DNA of 61,300 nucleotides from Promethearchaeota archaeon (lineage in GTDB: Archaea; Asgardarchaeota; Lokiarchaeia; Sigyniarchaeales; SOKP01), in NCBI GenBank assembly GCA_030603385.1, contig JAUVXW010000029.1:1-61300 (forward strand). The letters run 5' to 3'. Below the pieces are notes generated by a model that had not been told where the DNA came from, searched no databases, and was given only the letters and a program-made list of their open reading frames with translations. Position numbers and translations under genes: made by a program. Of the stretch, positions 52,499 through 61,300 are shown piece after piece. How positions within the stretch are numbered: the stretch's first letter is position 1; the number at the start of each line of letters is the position of its first letter.

Positions 52499-52790
52499 AA
52501 ATAATTTTAGAATTTTTAAGCATTGAAAAAAGAAATCTTAAAGGTTTATCATTTAAAATTCTTACATCTACAGGTTTAATCCCTTCAAAAGTATCTCTAA
52601 GCTTTTTTTCTAATTTTCCAGCTATTTTTGCTTCATACATTAGCTCAGGTTTAAAACTATCGTTAATTAATAATCCAATATCAATATCTTCATAAAAATC
52701 ACTGTATAATACAAAACCATAAAGATAAGATACAATTATCTCTTCTCTTTCTGTTAAAATTTCTGTTAATGTCTTCTTTATTTCTCCAAT
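52497..52790 (-). pseudogene. Truncated minimal nucleotidyltransferase (MNT/Pol-beta) gene; the called ORF 52497..52865 extends artefactually into the WD40 gene
   Basis: YLYGF(GS mutated)..DIDIGLL..VDVRILNDKPLRF; stops early at NSKII; no HEPN partner. Confidence 0.7.
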
Positions 52791-52791
52791 T

Positions 52792-53736
52792 GTGGTTACA
52801 CTTGATAGACAATATTTTATCAGAGGTTCCAATGATGGCAAGCTCAAAGTATTTGGCATATTCAACGGTGAATTGGTTCGAGTATTCGGAGATCATAAAG
52901 GGCAGTCAGTATCTACTATAGCAATTTCGTATGATGGCAAATATGTAGCGAGTTCTTCGGATACTCTCGTGAAGCTGTGGGATTATGAAACAGGTACATT
53001 GCTACATTCCTTTGAAGGTCATAAAGATTCTGTAAATGCTTTAGCATTTGATCCTGAAGTCCACTATTTAGCTAGCGGATCAAGTGACTATGATATGAAT
53101 GAATGTTCCATAAAAATCTGGGATTTAAGAAAAGGGCAATTAAAAACGACTAAGGGTTCTCACTGGGGTTCAATTACTTCACTTTCATTTTCATCTAATG
53201 GTGATTATTTAGTAAGCGGGGCATTTGATAAAACTGTTAACGTATGGGATACCATAAAAGGAAGGCTTATCACCACGTTAGTAGGACATGAACATGCGGT
53301 CATTGATGTTGCAATTACAGACGATGGGCAAATAATAAGTGCCTCATATGACGAGACTATTAAAGTGTGGGATATTGATACAGAGAAGATACTCAGAGAG
53401 ATGACATTTTGTAAATCGGAAAATCCGAAATCAAGGTTTGGAATCGTTACTTTTGTTGTAACTCCTGACCAAGAATTTGTTATCACCGGTCTACAAGGTC
53501 CTTCCCTCGAAGATGGAGGTATGTTATTTATTTGGAGGCTTTCAGATGGAGAGATTGTGCAAACTTTGCCAATTATACAAGATTTTCACGGATATTATGA
53601 GGAGCTAAATCACTTAGCAATATCTAACGATGGTGTCTTTATCCTCTCCGCTTCACGGGAAAGAATGGTGAAAGTGTGGATGGAGTTCATGGAATATATG
53701 GACTTTGAAGAAGCCATTCAAGAACTCTATGAATAG
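52792..53736 (+). CDS. WD40-repeat protein, probably 5'-truncated
   Basis: Repeats GHKDSVNALAF..LASGS..IKIWD, SHWGSITSLSFS..VSGAFDKTVNVWD, GHEHAVIDVAI..SASYDETIKVWD; the ORF starts mid-repeat at a GTG. Confidence 0.85.
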   Translation: MVTLDRQYFIRGSNDGKLKVFGIFNGELVRVFGDHKGQSVSTIAISYDGKYVASSSDTLVKLWDYETGTLLHSFEGHKDSVNALAFDPEVHYLASGSSDYDMNECSIKIWDLRKGQLKTTKGSHWGSITSLSFSSNGDYLVSGAFDKTVNVWDTIKGRLITTLVGHEHAVIDVAITDDGQIISASYDETIKVWDIDTEKILREMTFCKSENPKSRFGIVTFVVTPDQEFVITGLQGPSLEDGGMLFIWRLSDGEIVQTLPIIQDFHGYYEELNHLAISNDGVFILSASRERMVKVWMEFMEYMDFEEAIQELYE

Positions 53737-53933
53737 ACTCATAGAAGGGGTATATTAATTATAGTTATATTTTCCTTTTTATAATTTTTATAAGGTTTAT
53801 ATTTGAAGGAAATCTAATTAAGCGTAAGATAAGAATCAACCAAATATTTTTTTAGGAACGGCAAGAGTCTTTTTTCTTTAAAAATAATTGGGATGATATA
53901 GTTTAAATTTATACACTCTAGGAGGAAAAAAGA

Positions 53934-54884
53934 ATGAAATCAAATCTAAAATTAATTTTAATAACTTTAGGATTTGCATTTGCTTTTTCAGCTATAATTA
54001 GCACTAGTCTCAATTTTAATTCAGGAGCCAACGATAAAAGTTCAGAATATGTGAATTTGAAGAACTCAGCAGTATCGGGGAAAATTCACATAATTGGTAA
54101 TTCGGGCTGGTTAGATTTTAGAAATGATGGAAAATGTACAGGTGAAGGCACTTATTCCGAACCGTATCTTATAAAGGATTTGGTAATAAATGGTGGAAGT
54201 TCAGGAAGTTGCATTTGGATTGAAAATTCTGATGTGTTCTTTAAGATCGAAAATTGTACCGTTTTCAATGCCCAAGGTCCGTATCCTCATTATGAAGCGG
54301 GAATTAAACTATCTAGCGTTAGCAATGGTAAATTAATTAATAATAATTGTTCGTTTAATGAATTTGATGTACGGTGCAGTGGAATATATTTAAATGAGAG
54401 TGATTTTAATATTATTTCGGGAAACAGAGTAGAGAGAAACGAACTTGCGGGAATATATATCCGTAATGGTTTTTATAACACCATATCAGGAAACATTGCA
54501 ATAACTAATGTGTGGGCAGGGATCCATATAACTGGTGGTTATAATAATACTGTCTTGGAGAACACAGCTATTGATAATGACAGTGGAATCACTTTAGAAT
54601 CTACTGATTATAATCTTGTTTCAGGTAATATAATAAGAAAGAATTATGAGGGAATAATATTGTGGGAAAGTGATTTTAACATTATTATAGGAAACAAATT
54701 GTCTGATAATAGATATTGTATTAATGTGTACAGTGGTGAAAATAATATTATACGTAATAACAGTTGTGGTAATGATCAAATCCCAGGATATAATCTATTT
54801 TTTCTAATTACTATTATTCCCTTTGTAGTAATCTTCATATCCACCAAGTTAAAGAGACAGAAAGTAAAACAAGCAAAATATTGA
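53934..54884 (+). CDS. Secreted right-handed beta-helix (NosD/PbH1) protein with Loki-CTERM-like tail
   Basis: Signal peptide, GEGTYSEPYLI, GI.L..S..N.ISGN repeats, C-terminal IPGY + TM + basic residues. Confidence 0.85.
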   Translation: MKSNLKLILITLGFAFAFSAIISTSLNFNSGANDKSSEYVNLKNSAVSGKIHIIGNSGWLDFRNDGKCTGEGTYSEPYLIKDLVINGGSSGSCIWIENSDVFFKIENCTVFNAQGPYPHYEAGIKLSSVSNGKLINNNCSFNEFDVRCSGIYLNESDFNIISGNRVERNELAGIYIRNGFYNTISGNIAITNVWAGIHITGGYNNTVLENTAIDNDSGITLESTDYNLVSGNIIRKNYEGIILWESDFNIIIGNKLSDNRYCINVYSGENNIIRNNSCGNDQIPGYNLFFLITIIPFVVIFISTKLKRQKVKQAKY

Positions 54885-54919
54885 TAAAATAAGACTTTTT
54901 TTATTTTCTCTTATAGTAT

Positions 54920-55258
54920 TCATCTCGGAATGATATATTCAGTTTTAGCGGATTTTTCGATTTTCTTCATTTTATCAGAATTTTTTTCAACATTTTCTCC
55001 TCCGATAAGGGTTCCATCTTTCCTAAAATTATACAACCTATACATATCGCCGTAATCTAAGGCTACAACATAAAAAGGGACTTGCGTTTCTTTTATTGTT
55101 ATGGCTGGAATTGGACCCCCAATCGATAGGATTTTCTCATCTTTAACTCTTAAAACTCGTACATTTTGAGGTCTTTTTTCCCGAAATTCTCGTTTCGCAA
55201 ACTTAACAATTTCTTTTAGGGCAGTTCGTTCTGTGAATTTCGGCATATCAACACACAA
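54920..55258 (-). CDS. Hypothetical protein (likely start MPKFTER)
   Basis: 112-aa ORF with plausible composition; no motif recognised. Confidence 0.6.
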   Translation of the reverse strand: MCVDMPKFTERTALKEIVKFAKREFREKRPQNVRVLRVKDEKILSIGGPIPAITIKETQVPFYVVALDYGDMYRLYNFRKDGTLIGGENVEKNSDKMKKIEKSAKTEYIIPR

Positions 55259-55340
55259 TTAGGAACGATCCTTTATTAATTCATCTACAGCTCGATATTC
55301 AGATGCAACCAGGAATAAAGATAAAATAAAAAAAAGTAAA

Positions 55341-55550
55341 TTAGACGGTTCCACAGACTCGATTCAGTCTACTTTTAAGACCAATCAGAGCGCTTACCAA
55401 GTAAGCTAATCGAGGTAATTCTTGCTCTTCTTCCATTTGGGTTGCATAGACAGTATCGACTCTGTTGCGTAAGTCCTTGAGAAATTCTTCCGAAGTGTTG
55501 ATCTTTTCCCCGAAAAAAGTTTTTTCTGCTATCATTTTCACAATAATCAC
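55341..55550 (-). CDS. Small hypothetical helical protein
   Basis: 69-aa ORF, codirectional with 54920..55258, followed by a T-tract on its own strand. Confidence 0.5.
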   Translation of the reverse strand: MIIVKMIAEKTFFGEKINTSEEFLKDLRNRVDTVYATQMEEEQELPRLAYLVSALIGLKSRLNRVCGTV

Positions 55551-55818
55551 TTCTTTTTAATTGAATAAGTTGATGATTATTGCATTTAATTATACGAATA
55601 TAAAAACAAAAAAATTTGTCGTGAATGCATTTAGAAGAAAAATTTTATGTGGTATTTAAATAGTCAATCTAGAATACAGGTACGATCGCTATTTTTTTCG
55701 TACCACATTTTTTTTAATATTGCGAATATACTTATCGCCCCTCTGGGAGTAATTTTTATTTACTCCTCTTTTTCTTACTTTTTTTTCTCTTTATAAATCT
55801 TTAATAAGATTTGGTTGT

Positions 55819-56124
55819 ATGAATAAACTTCCAAGATGGATAAAAATAATATTATTTTGGGCAATTGTAGCACCGTTGTTATTCTTCACTCTAGAGGATT
55901 TTATTTCTTTTTTACAAGGGTTATCTCTCGATATGTATAATATCGTTGCTGATTTGGAATATTATATCTTCGATTATGAACCGCATCCGAATGAGCTATT
56001 AATAGTTCAGACCCTATACGCAATTCTGCTTATCTACTGTCTTTTTAGTATTAGTTCCAATATCCTTCAATCATATCCTACTCCACAAGAGCATCCGTTA
56101 GGCTCTACAATTTTATATAAATAA
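55819..56124 (+). CDS. Hypothetical membrane protein (2 TM)
   Basis: 101-aa ORF with two hydrophobic segments. Confidence 0.55.
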   Translation: MNKLPRWIKIILFWAIVAPLLFFTLEDFISFLQGLSLDMYNIVADLEYYIFDYEPHPNELLIVQTLYAILLIYCLFSISSNILQSYPTPQEHPLGSTILYK

Positions 56125-56131
56125 AATATGG

Positions 56132-56593
56132 TTGATTACTATGAGCTATTCAGAAAAGGAATTACATCAGGCTTTATTAATGTTATCCACCTTGATGACT
56201 ACAAAAATAATCGGTAATATTAATCCGAATCCCGGAGATGCTGAGTTTATGGCTCAACTCAGGGTGTATATTTATAAAGTCTTCACAGATAACTCCAAGG
56301 CGCAGAATGACCAGACTCGTATCCAGACTCAATTAAGAACCTTCTTAAAAAAGGGCAAATCTTGGGAAAAAATGGAGACTCCAATTCCAGATGTGTCCGT
56401 CATCAAGGTTCCTGTAAAGAAGCAGAAGATGGCTGCGCTAAATCTAGTTGTCAGCCACATGAAAAGAGAAATTGACGTTAAAAATAATCAGGTATTCCAA
56501 AAACTCAGAGGGATATTTGTTGATCATCGTGTGAATTCTCTCATAAAGGAGATCGATCGAGTAAATAAGATGAGAATACGTTTAAATAATTAA
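56132..56593 (+). CDS. Hypothetical basic protein
   Basis: 153-aa ORF 7 nt after the previous gene; no motif recognised. Confidence 0.6.
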   Translation: MITMSYSEKELHQALLMLSTLMTTKIIGNINPNPGDAEFMAQLRVYIYKVFTDNSKAQNDQTRIQTQLRTFLKKGKSWEKMETPIPDVSVIKVPVKKQKMAALNLVVSHMKREIDVKNNQVFQKLRGIFVDHRVNSLIKEIDRVNKMRIRLNN

Positions 56594-56726
56594 TACGTTA
56601 TTTTACCCCTCTTTTTCTAAATCTAACTTAATTGATCAAAGACTAGTGTCCCTATAGATTTTTATATAATCATCCCTTATGTTTTAAATAATAAACAAAT
56701 TCAAAATCCATTAGAGATAAGTTAAA

Positions 56727-57740
56727 ATGAGATCGAAAGACAAAATAGTTTTATTTTTATTTGGGATTATATTAACATTTGGACTATTACTCATAATTCC
56801 CAATACAGTAGGGATTCAGAGAGAAGCCACAATATCAACTGTAGCAGAGAAGGACACATATGTATCTACTTATTACCCAACATCAAATTATGGGGGAATT
56901 GATTATCTCCAGACTGGTTTTGGTATATTTGGTGATATCATAGAAGCATATTTTTATTTTGATTTTTCCGATAAACCATCTAGTTTCATTAGAGCCGAGA
57001 TATCCTTAGATTTTTGGGCTGTATATGAAACTGCGAATTTTACGGTGTGTTTGATTGAAGAGGAGTGGAATGAGCTCACTATGACATGGATAAATAATAA
57101 ACCAAGCAAAAGCCAAGTTTTAGGTCATATTATCGTATCTTCTAACGATATTTATACAATTGATATTACATCATTAGTAGCAGGAAGAACAGCTATTTCT
57201 ATATGTGTTTATATAGATATTGATAATTATGTTGATGAATATGCATATATAACTTCGAGGGAGGGATACTATTTTGCTGAAGATGCACCTCAACTAATTT
57301 GGACTTATATGGAAACTGCAGAGATTACAATAACAAATCCAACTTCTTCAAGTAATTGGGAGGATTTATATACATATACTATAGAATGGACGTCACTAGG
57401 TTCAATTGAAGATGTTAAAATAGAATTATACAAAGGATCATCGGTTGTTGAAGAAGTTACGTGGGTACTCGGATATACTGAAAATGACGGTGCATATGGT
57501 TTTTATGTGTCTTCTGCTGAGAATCATGAAGGGACGGATTACAGAATAAAGATCACAGATTACGACGACTCAAGTGTATATGGCTATAGCGATTATTTTT
57601 CAATAAATACGGGGAACGGAGATGGTATTGGTGATGGATTACCTTTCGATATTCCAAGCTATAATGTACTTATCATTATCGGAATAATCAGCATATTTAT
57701 CATCATATTTACTAAGAAGAGGCTAAAAGGACTTAAGTGA
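56727..57740 (+). CDS. Surface protein: DNRLRE/CBM96-like domain + Kre9/KNH-like Ig domain + Loki-CTERM-like tail
   Basis: Signal/TM; AEKDTYVS..PTSNYGG, W.E..MTW.NKP, SRE..APQL; ITITNPT..YTIEW..VKIELYKG..YRIKI..SDYFSI; IPSY+TM+KKR. Confidence 0.75.
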   Translation: MRSKDKIVLFLFGIILTFGLLLIIPNTVGIQREATISTVAEKDTYVSTYYPTSNYGGIDYLQTGFGIFGDIIEAYFYFDFSDKPSSFIRAEISLDFWAVYETANFTVCLIEEEWNELTMTWINNKPSKSQVLGHIIVSSNDIYTIDITSLVAGRTAISICVYIDIDNYVDEYAYITSREGYYFAEDAPQLIWTYMETAEITITNPTSSSNWEDLYTYTIEWTSLGSIEDVKIELYKGSSVVEEVTWVLGYTENDGAYGFYVSSAENHEGTDYRIKITDYDDSSVYGYSDYFSINTGNGDGIGDGLPFDIPSYNVLIIIGIISIFIIIFTKKRLKGLK

Positions 57741-57748
57741 ATAATTAA

Positions 57749-57786
57749 TTTTTTTTCATTTTTTTTTTTCATTTTCATTTTTTTTT
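57749..57786 (+). terminator. Oligo-T tract terminator
   Basis: Multiple long T runs after the stop codon. Confidence 0.55.
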
Positions 57787-57810
57787 ATATCAATCCCAAT
57801 TTTTAATAAA

Positions 57811-58065
57811 TTACCCTTCAATTTTCAGCGGTCTATTTACTTCTAAACTATTCTTAGCAATGACCAACTCACTCTGCTCTTCATACACGATTACCCTCTC
57901 AACGTCATTTTTCGAGATTGTTTTATTCCCATAATTCTTCACTTCGATGAAACTATTCAAAGGTGAAAAGAGCTGTTTCTTATTAACCACGCCGATAATC
58001 TTTTTGGTCGCATTCCACTCGGTGTCAAAAAAGTAAATCTTACATATAAGGTCCTCATTCAACAT
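57811..58065 (-). CDS. Small hypothetical protein
   Basis: 84-aa ATG-started ORF; no motif recognised. Confidence 0.45.
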   Translation of the reverse strand: MLNEDLICKIYFFDTEWNATKKIIGVVNKKQLFSPLNSFIEVKNYGNKTISKNDVERVIVYEEQSELVIAKNSLEVNRPLKIEG

Positions 58066-58100
58066 ATAATAATATCAGAGAGAATCTATTTAAAGAAAAA

Positions 58101-58472
58101 TTAAATTCGGTAATTCTCAAGAATCTTTTTTCTAAATAGAATAGCAACCGAGATAACCGAAAACACTATAATAAGTTCATATGAATTTATTATAATCTCT
58201 TCTTCTTTAATATGTATATCAATTTCAATATATCCTCCAACTATATCTGTATTACGGAAACCTAAATCAATTTCACGATCACCTTCTCCATGATCGGAAG
58301 TTTTACCCTCACTAATAGTACTCATACTATTATAAGAAGTAACATTTACCGTAAAAGAGTTATTATAAGTTCTGAAACTCCATTGAATAATACGTTCCTT
58401 TCTAATTTCTTCATTTGATACTGGTTCATTGAAAAGATATATACATCTTTCGATCCAATCATCTGGAGCCAT
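58101..58472 (-). CDS. Hypothetical protein with Loki-CTERM-like tail, possibly 5'-truncated
   Basis: INSY+TM+RKK C-terminus but no N-terminal signal peptide. Confidence 0.55.
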   Translation of the reverse strand: MAPDDWIERCIYLFNEPVSNEEIRKERIIQWSFRTYNNSFTVNVTSYNSMSTISEGKTSDHGEGDREIDLGFRNTDIVGGYIEIDIHIKEEEIIINSYELIIVFSVISVAILFRKKILENYRI

Positions 58473-58660
58473 ATAAATAGTTTCTTTTAATTAGAATATT
58501 AATTCTTTTTTTAAGTTTAATAAAAATTAAAAGTCATCAAATTTATTCCATCTATCATTATCTCCATTGTTTTCATTATTATTAATATAAAAACTTACAT
58601 TAACGTCATATTTTTAAATAAAAAATATACTTTCCTTATATAATACAAGATTATTTTAAG

Positions 58661-59374
58661 ATGCCAAGTAAAAGAGCAGATGGAACTCTAGTCTTCATAG
58701 TGATTGTATATGGTCCATCCATTAGTGAAAATATTAAAGTATTTAAATGGATTCATGAAAAAGAAAAAAATGAAGAAGGTATTAATATAAAACAAATACC
58801 TATGGGGCAAAATATTCTACAATCTGTTGACTTACCCATTGGAAAAGTGTCTAACGTAGTTTTTCAACTTATTACTGTTACAGGACAGCAAGGACACAAA
58901 ATCAAATATGAAAATTTACTAAAAGGCGTTGATGGAATCTTATTTATATGGGATAGTCTATTAGACCAATGGAGTGAAAACATATGGAGTTTAAATGAAC
59001 TATTGCGGCTTTATGGTGATAAACTTATACTTACAGAAGTACCTATAGTTGTACTTGCTGACAAACGTGATTTAGAGGACATTGTGGAGATATCTAAAAT
59101 CCGCCAAGCACTTGATACAGCAAAATTAAATCATGTACTCATTTATGAGACAATCGTTGACCAAGGAATTAACGTAAAGAGAGCTTTTGTTTATGTAGGT
59201 CGACAAACAGTATTAAACCATTATAGAAAATTAGGCATTAATGATTATAAATGCCCCCTTTGTTATTCTTCACTTTCGGGTAATCAGGCTCAGAGATTTA
59301 TGCATGGAGAAATCATACGATGTAAGTATTGCGATGTAGAATTTAATGCAGAATTAACTTCATTAAAGCTTTAA
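58661..59374 (+). CDS. MglA/Ras-like small GTPase homolog with degenerate P-loop and C-terminal Zn ribbon
   Basis: VYGPSISENIK (G1 lacking GK[T/S]), QLITVTGQ, KGVDGILFIWDS, PIVVLADKRDL; CPLC...CKYC. Confidence 0.75.
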   Translation: MPSKRADGTLVFIVIVYGPSISENIKVFKWIHEKEKNEEGINIKQIPMGQNILQSVDLPIGKVSNVVFQLITVTGQQGHKIKYENLLKGVDGILFIWDSLLDQWSENIWSLNELLRLYGDKLILTEVPIVVLADKRDLEDIVEISKIRQALDTAKLNHVLIYETIVDQGINVKRAFVYVGRQTVLNHYRKLGINDYKCPLCYSSLSGNQAQRFMHGEIIRCKYCDVEFNAELTSLKL

Positions 59375-59431
59375 CTTGTTCTAAAAATCCAGGATATATT
59401 TCTATTTATCATTCTGATACCTATTTGATAC

Positions 59432-60475
59432 CTACATATTTATTGTCTTATAAAAATCATTCTTCAAATTCTCGGCTTTTTTTACTAGTAAATCAAAATT
59501 GAATCTTTTAGCTTCTGCTATGATTTCATCAATCCTTCTAATGACTGAGGGAGGAATGTAGAAAACAATGGGAAAAAATTCTTCAAAAAATTCTTCAATC
59601 TCTAATAAATTATCTTTAAGAGCCTTCCATTTGATTTCTTCTTCCATTTTAATGAAGTAAGAACCGAACTCATCTGGGTTGGATACAATTTTTCCGTGAA
59701 TCTTTTTTTGTTGAATCAGTTTCTTCAGATTTGCTTTTATAGATTCGATAGCACTTTCAACAATTTGGGCCGTTTTAGCTAATTCTACTTCCAAATCCGA
59801 TTTATTCTCTATTGTCTCAAATTTAAACCAAAGCAACGGGTCTAACCCCAGACTTATACGAATTCTGTTAATAAAGTAATATCTGTAAGGAAAAGGTGCT
59901 GGAAAAAACTGTTCTGCAATTTTTTCAATGGATACTTTATCATAAGGCTTTATACATTCTATTAAATCTCTTTCAAATTGAGTTATAATTTCTTGAACCT
60001 CATTTAATTTTAATAATGAAGTTTTTAAGTCCACTGGTTCTTCTGGTTGCAATTTGGGATTAACTCGGAGACATTTATCAATATCGTTTTTAGATGAATT
60101 ATCTTGCATAAAATCATAAGATTTCTTTAAGCAATATAATGCACATGAATAATTTTTAAAGCCGTTAAAGTATATAAGTCCCAAAGTATGCCATATTGAT
60201 GCTAAATTTTTTATAATTTTTTCAGGATGATATTTATTAATTATAACAAAACTATCGAAAGTTTCAAGAATTTTCTTCCAAGCTTCAAGAGACTCGCCCC
60301 ACTTATTCATAAAATAATAGATTCTGCCAATTAATATTAAAGCATCATAATAATTCGGAAATACTTCAATAGCTTGTTTAAGATTGCTTAGCGCGTCTGC
60401 ATAATTTTTTATTTCTATAAGGTTAACTGCCTCATCCACTAATTTTTTGGCCTTTTTTGGAGGTATATATGACAT
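59432..60475 (-). CDS. TPR-repeat protein with possible PCI/winged-helix domain
   Basis: TPRs NYADALSNLKQAIEVFPNYYDALILIGRIY and WHTLGLIY; PCI-like IKPYDKVSIEKIAEQF...LKKLIQQKKIHGKI. Confidence 0.65.
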   Translation of the reverse strand: MSYIPPKKAKKLVDEAVNLIEIKNYADALSNLKQAIEVFPNYYDALILIGRIYYFMNKWGESLEAWKKILETFDSFVIINKYHPEKIIKNLASIWHTLGLIYFNGFKNYSCALYCLKKSYDFMQDNSSKNDIDKCLRVNPKLQPEEPVDLKTSLLKLNEVQEIITQFERDLIECIKPYDKVSIEKIAEQFFPAPFPYRYYFINRIRISLGLDPLLWFKFETIENKSDLEVELAKTAQIVESAIESIKANLKKLIQQKKIHGKIVSNPDEFGSYFIKMEEEIKWKALKDNLLEIEEFFEEFFPIVFYIPPSVIRRIDEIIAEAKRFNFDLLVKKAENLKNDFYKTINM

Positions 60476-60933
60476 TTATTTTCACTTCTTTATCGACTTC
60501 ATTATTAATTTTTACCAAACTTTGTAATTCTCCACTCTGCTAAAGCAAGACATGAGTGTTCATTATCTTTCTTGTTAAACTTTCCTTAGTATGATCTCTT
60601 ATCCAACATATCTTTTTTTGAAAATAATGTAAAACTAAAAATATATAAATATTTCTATGGAGAGACATTTTCTGAATTATAACAGAGGAAAAAATATACC
60701 CCAAATATAAAGAATTTACCGATTATTACTTTATGACATTCTGTTAGTTTCTAACGACGATGTCTTTAGTTTGAATGTAATGAACGTGCGATCGATAATT
60801 TTATTATTATAATTTTTCTCTGCATATTTAAGATATTACCTAAAAATATTTAGTATTATCTAATTTAATAAAATTAATACAAAAGTAAACTTAACAAAGC
60901 CACCTAAATGCAGAACTTGAAGTAGAAATAAGC

Positions 60934-61300
60934 ATGTACGATGCAAGGTTTCAGATCATCATTTTTGGAGATGCTGGTTGTGGAAAATCCAGTCTTGTGA
61001 AGAGATTTATGACAAATTTATTCGTACCGAATTGTACGAAAACTATTGGTGTAGATTTCGAAGTAAAGAGTTTTATCATGGGCAAACAAAATATAAAACT
61101 TCAGATTTGGGATCTTGGTGATGAAAGACGGTTCAAGTCTTTGCTCCCTACTTACTCGCAAAGTGCTAAAGGCGGGCTATTCATGTATGATATTACCAAT
61201 TATTTTTCCATAGCTCATATTGATGATTGGTTAAGCGTAATTAGAAAAGAAAAAAGAGCAGAAGATTGGTTTCCAATAATAATGGTTGGAGGAAAAGCTG
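60934..61300 (+). CDS. Rab-like small GTPase, partial (runs off the window end; absent from the ORF track)
   Basis: My translation MYDARFQIIIFGDAGCGKSSLVKRF..TIGVDFEVK..KLQIWDLGDERRFKSLLPTY..GLFMYDIT..PIIMVGGKA; contains RabF-like motifs. Confidence 0.9.
   Translation, partial: MYDARFQIIIFGDAGCGKSSLVKRFMTNLFVPNCTKTIGVDFEVKSFIMGKQNIKLQIWDLGDERRFKSLLPTYSQSAKGGLFMYDITNYFSIAHIDDWLSVIRKEKRAEDWFPIIMVGGKA

Noticed and set aside
52497-52499. TAG or TGA read-through (pyrrolysine/selenocysteine), considered because of the corrinoid genes and the lineage
   Set aside because: This TAG coincides with a fragment junction; I saw no TGA/TAG-ending ORF with homologous continuation and recognised no SECIS.
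52497-52865. Intact MNT-HEPN toxin-antitoxin module
   Set aside because: The MNT is truncated, its GS motif is mutated, and no HEPN gene is adjacent.
60480-60930. Possible degenerate ORFs upstream of the TPR and Rab-like genes
   Set aside because: Frames are interrupted by stops and no motif is recognisable.
1-61300. Short antisense or overlapping ORFs in the track (e.g. 183..410, 1553..1894, 2696..3085, 4628..4963, 15709..15939, 19147..19488, 34678..34926, 39010..39276, 51199..51498, 53205..53486)
   Set aside because: They lie within or opposite well-supported genes and show no motifs; shadow ORFs.
1-61300. CRISPR array, tRNA/rRNA, transposase, integrase, or diversity-generating retroelement
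   Set aside because: No regularly spaced repeats, GC-rich structural RNA, recombinase or reverse transcriptase seen by eye; the GNAT copies differ at all base types rather than only at adenines.

Overview
AT-rich, gene-dense chromosomal window. It is most likely from an Asgard archaeon of the Lokiarchaeia (inferred from Loki-CTERM-like IP[G/S]Y-TM tails, longin/uDENN-like domains, Rab-like and MglA-like small GTPases and oligo-T terminators). Housekeeping/metabolic genes include a MacB/FtsX-type ABC system, beta-oxidation genes, an ERCC4 nuclease, aroA', nadB, a geranylgeranyl-reductase family protein, UroD/MtaA-like methyltransferases with a corrinoid protein, an M42 peptidase and a HerA-like ATPase. 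Three things stand out. (1) An ~11.6-kb duplicated cassette (21.5-33.1 kb) pairs a RimJ/RimL GNAT gene with a family of surface proteins I cannot name; the two intact members each look like two complete type-I membrane proteins fused head-to-tail, with a highly conserved basic cytoplasmic tail. (2) There are several eukaryote-signature-like fusions: MFS+longin, uDENN+degenerate GTPase, longin+wHTH, TPR+PCI-like and V4R/TRAPP-like. (3) Intergenic regions contain abutting scraps of unrelated genes (ABC-2 permease, KDPG aldolase, M29 peptidase, nucleotidyltransferase, WD40) that the ORF track misses or mis-calls. I recognised no rRNA, tRNA, CRISPR array, transposase, integrase or reverse transcriptase. 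All family calls come from reading motifs by eye, not from database searches.
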